Source: Yuukianura sp. NJ FZ-2021 (taxonomy: Eukaryota). Taken from it: a stretch of DNA of 64,000 nucleotides. The stretch spans positions 62,001 through 126,000 of the forward strand of contig CM102288.1 in assembly GCA_046563655.1 (NCBI GenBank), given 5' to 3'. Both the position numbers and the translations under genes were made by a program. This document shows, one piece after another, positions 60,104 to 64,000 of this stretch. Below the pieces are notes generated by a model. It was not told the origin of the DNA. It saw only the letters and a list, made by a program, of their open reading frames with translations, and searched no databases. Each line of letters begins with the position of its first letter. The first letter of the stretch is position 1.

Positions 60104-61390
60104 TTAACTGCGATTACTTAGGGCAGTTGATCGCCGCTGACGATTGTCACTTCCGTCGTCGTCATCAGATTCTCCCTCCACATTGTCAGACACTTCTGAC
60201 GACCGCTGCGTACGAAGTGTAGTCTTGCTACTGCAATTTCAAAAGTTTCAAAACTTTGAAATTCAGTTTTAGGAAAAAATTAAAGTTGTAAATGCATTTC
60301 TGTAATCATACTGTCGCTCGACGGTCCAATAGGGACGGAAGTATCTAAATCCAAGGTAAAAGAGACACTGGAAAGTCAAACGTCAAAGGTCAAAAATCAA
60401 ACAGTCGATTCCTGTTTTATTGAGTTTATGTAAGTTACCGCAAATGGAATTGCAGTTCCGAGGAGTATTATTCCAAATCGCATAAAGTGTTTTCCCACGC
60501 TTTGTTCCGCTAAGAAGCAATTCTTTGGCCATCTCGTGTCCTGCGTGCAGTTGAATCTCTCTTCGAGAGGGCAACAGGTCAAGGGAAACCCACCTTCACC
60601 ATAGTCCTCCTCACCTCCAAACCCACAGCATTTGTACTTAAAACACAAATATTTATTAGTGCATTTGGATAAGTGTTTGACCTTTGACCTTCTCACTTTC
60701 TCCTGTGCCAGTTCCCAATGTTCGTGGAGCCCTTTGCCCCTCTTTGTGAAAGCATGCAGCTCTCTTTTCATCTCCTTGTGCATACGTTTGGGAAAGTTGA
60801 AGTAGACGACAAAGGAGAGACCGAAGAAAACGAGCAAGTGGGACAGGAACGCAGCCAAAATAACGTTAAACTACAAAGTCAAAATTGAAACTTTACTTTT
60901 TAAAATTGAACTTTTGGTTTTTAAACTTGGATAATAGTAAATATTTAGATTTACTATGACTCTGCACTTGTGGACGAATGAGTATTTCCCTTTCTGGAGA
61001 AGCTGGACGAGGGCCAGAGCAGTGATCACTGCTGAAAAGATGATTTCGATTGATCCGCAGAGACCGATGCCCGGGTTGAGGAGCCAAGTGATGAAGGAAG
61101 AGCTTTGGGAGAAGAACGACGCCATCAACACAATCCACCCGAGTGGAATTGCCTAAGGTCAAAGGTCAAAGGTCAAAGAGAACCAAATACAAAGTTAAAG
61201 TGAGTTTGACCTGGAAGGAAGCGACGAGAGTCCAGAGGAGGACCTTGAAGACGCAGGCGCAGCGCAAGTAGGACACATGCCCCATACAAGGCACCTTCAA
61301 CTCATGACTCTCAGCGTCAGACACAAAGGACTCCACTTCCGACACTTCCTCTCCCACTTTCATGTCACCTCCAGCCCCCTTGTCACCCAT
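60104..61390 (-). CDS. Divergent tetraspanin-like membrane protein (3' exons tentative)
   Basis: Four hydrophobic segments; large loop YKCCGFGG...PLTCC...C...C (tetraspanin CCG and PxxCC pattern). Confidence 0.7.
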
Positions 61391-62219
61391 TCTCTAAACA
61401 CTGCAAGCGATTAAGCGCCAGCGATTTAAAACAATACAAAAAGACTACGCTTTTTGTACTTGACCAATTGGCAGTCCACTCATTTCCAAACAAGCACAGT
61501 AACAATTAAAAAACTTGTGTTACTGTTGGTTTTTTTTAACTTTTCAAAGTTTCCTAAAAGTAGAACTTGCGTTTTTATTGAAGTGATGGATGGAGCACGG
61601 AGGAGGGGAAATGAAGTTGAATAAGTTAGTAATTAAGATTAAGTTAACTAAGTTATGGCAATTAAATAAGTTGGTAGTTTAGTGTTGATCCCTCAAGGGT
61701 ATGTGAGATACACTGGAGACTAGGTACAAGTAAACCACTCAACAAATTACAACACCAAATCAAAAGTACTCTCATCAAGTACTTCCAGGATTTCATGGCA
61801 AACTTTTAACACAAAATCAGTATGAAAACAACTAAACTAAACATAACAAATAAACTAACACAATAAACAACTAAAGCTAACAAATAAATTATTTGAAACA
61901 TAACAATACTTGCCCCTCATTCTGTACAATTATTGCACAATCAATGACTCGTCTAACAGTACTTGTCCATTTCACAAATTTTACAACCTCAAAAATGTCT
62001 AAAGTATCGCCAATTTTAGAATTTCTGAAGTTGTGAAAAGCACTAAATAATTTTTGTGATGAAGAAAGAAAGTGTGATTTTGGATCTGCGTGGATTTGAA
62101 CTAGAGTAATCGTTAAGCGCCGAGGCAAAAGGTTAACATTCGTGTCCTACCGCTGGGTTAAAAGTTTTAACACAAAAGTTAAAAGTTTTAACCCAAAAGT
62201 TAAAAGTGAGTTTTAAACG

Positions 62220-64000
62220 TCACTTGTATATATATTGCTTGAGTAGGTCATTCCCTAGGTCAACTACGAGGATTTCTCTTTTGCTCATCACAAGGACGTC
62301 ACTCGGTCGCTTCAGTTTGGACGTGAGGGAGTCGATAGTGGACAGAAGTTTGGCGTCCTTGAAGACATGGACGACACTCCGTCCTTTTTCTGTCCGAGTG
62401 GCAATCAACAGCCCTTCCCCGTCCACACACACTCCTCCAAATCGTCCTTTCCCGTCCATTTGAATTTCAGTTCCAGCGTCACTGTCCAGCGTCGATTCCA
62501 AATTGAAAAGGTAGAGTGACATGTCAGCCACAACTAAACAGCGTCCATCTCCACTCACAGCGATTCCTCCCATCAAAGAGAACTTCCTCCCCACTTGTTT
62601 CTTGAGTTGTCCAGTGGAATCCAGGATAAAAACTGCGTGTGCTCCGTTGTCAGCCACATAAATATTTCCTTTCCCATCGACAGCTAGTCCAATTGGTTCT
62701 GAGAATGAATCATGTCCAAACTTGGCCACTGTTGTTCCATCTTTCGGTGAAAGGCGTGTCACCATCTTTGACCTCCAGTTCACGATCAGTAGAGTCTCAG
62801 ATTGACTGCAGTAAGCAATCCCAGTACAACTCCGACCCTGCAAAGTCATTCCGAAAATAAAATTCAAAATCTAAAACTCAAAAATTCAAAAAAAAAAATT
62901 TTTTTTTTCCAATCCTTACCTCCAATGTTTCATTGTTGAGAATTCGTTTGGTTGTGTTATTTTGATCTAAAACGACAACTCGAGCATTTCCAGTGTCAAG
63001 GATGAACGTTTCCAGTTCCGTCTTTGCTCCAGAAACAGGTTGACATAATTCCCCACGTCCAAAGACCTTGATTGGATTGTTGTGCGGAGTAATGTTGAGT
63101 TGGAAGTCTTGTCCAATGGGTCTTCCGAAGATCTCGACATGGACTGTGTGCTGACCAGGTTCAAAAGGCGTAAAGCTAATCACATAAGTCCCGTCTTCAC
63201 GATCCTCCACTCGAATCGCTGGAGTGTGCGCTGATTTCTTAGGAGTAGTGAGCCCCACTCGAACAGGATCACCTCCAGTTTTTCTCTCTTGGTTTTGGTA
63301 GTCGCGTGTTTCCAGCATGAGTTCCACTTCAACTCCAACTGCCAGTGTTGGATCCGCCTCCATGTTGAGCGTACACAGCGGGGGAAATGTCGTTGAAGTT
63401 TGAATGTCGGTGGACACAGCCCCCTCCAGTGACATGAGGTCGCTTTCTGTCTTGCATAACAAGTACGCGTTTTCTCGCGGATGTCGGAGAGATAGAAACG
63501 AGTCCAACTGGGTCGACAGCTCTGAGATACGCTTCGTAATGTGACGAACCTAGATGTAAAAAAAAATTTTTTTTAGTCTTTTGTTCGAAATCATTTTTAA
63601 GTTTTTAGAAAATTAGTAACCGTATTACTTCAACTTGGTATTCGAGTCCATCGCAAGTTTGTCTAACTTTTGCCCTCTCCTTCTCGATCAGCTCTAATTG
63701 TTCCTTCAGTTTCTCTTTTTTGGCTCCAGCCACTTGCTTAATTTTTGCCAAGAACGTTTGTCTTCTTTTTTCCAGGAGCAAATTGGCCTCTTCAAAGGCT
63801 TTGTTCGCAACAGCCTCGGCACCTTCAGCAGCTACTCCCAACTTTCGTATTTCTTCAGACACGCTGTCTGTTGCTTCGTTTAACTGCAAAACACAAACAG
63901 TTAATCATAAAAATGTGCCTACTTTGGAAGTAGTAAAGAAACAGTACTAAAAAGTACTTTTGAGTACCTTTGCAAGACACTCGTTGGCCTTGTACAGAAG
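62220..64000 (-). CDS. TRIM-type protein, C-terminal part: coiled coil, filamin repeat and NHL repeats (5' end beyond window)
   Basis: Coiled coil (63623-63884); filamin TRDYQNQERKTGGDPV...EDREDGTYVISFTPFEPGQHTVHVEIFGRPI; NHL repeats (EPIGLAVDGKGNIYVADNGAHAV, KRPSDV...VVDLGND). Confidence 0.85.

Overview
Gene-dense eukaryotic DNA with short (mostly 55-90 nt) AT-rich introns. Rutabaga, Dlish and Maelstrom-like genes point to an arthropod; the taxon is inferred, not determined. Spliced host genes in order: CNOT1 (5'-partial), SPCS1, Arf1, NAD kinase, MTMR9, p23, GIGYF, cyclophilin H, an orphan secreted protein, aralar, rutabaga, Dlish, ArgRS, Maelstrom-like, tetraspanin-like and a filamin/NHL TRIM (partial). 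Six box C/D snoRNAs of two families lie in CNOT1 introns. Repeats and mobile DNA include a ~4.2 kb nested satellite block with a higher-order duplication, several MITEs (one only 64 bp with an 8-bp TSD) and a 45-bp palindromic array beside a transposase-like fragment. There is also an apparently intact 3,260-bp PIF/Harbinger transposon. The most striking signal is inside the Harbinger: seven 16-bp hairpin palindromes with compensatory arm changes, one in six of its seven introns and one between its two convergent genes. All exon boundaries were read by eye.
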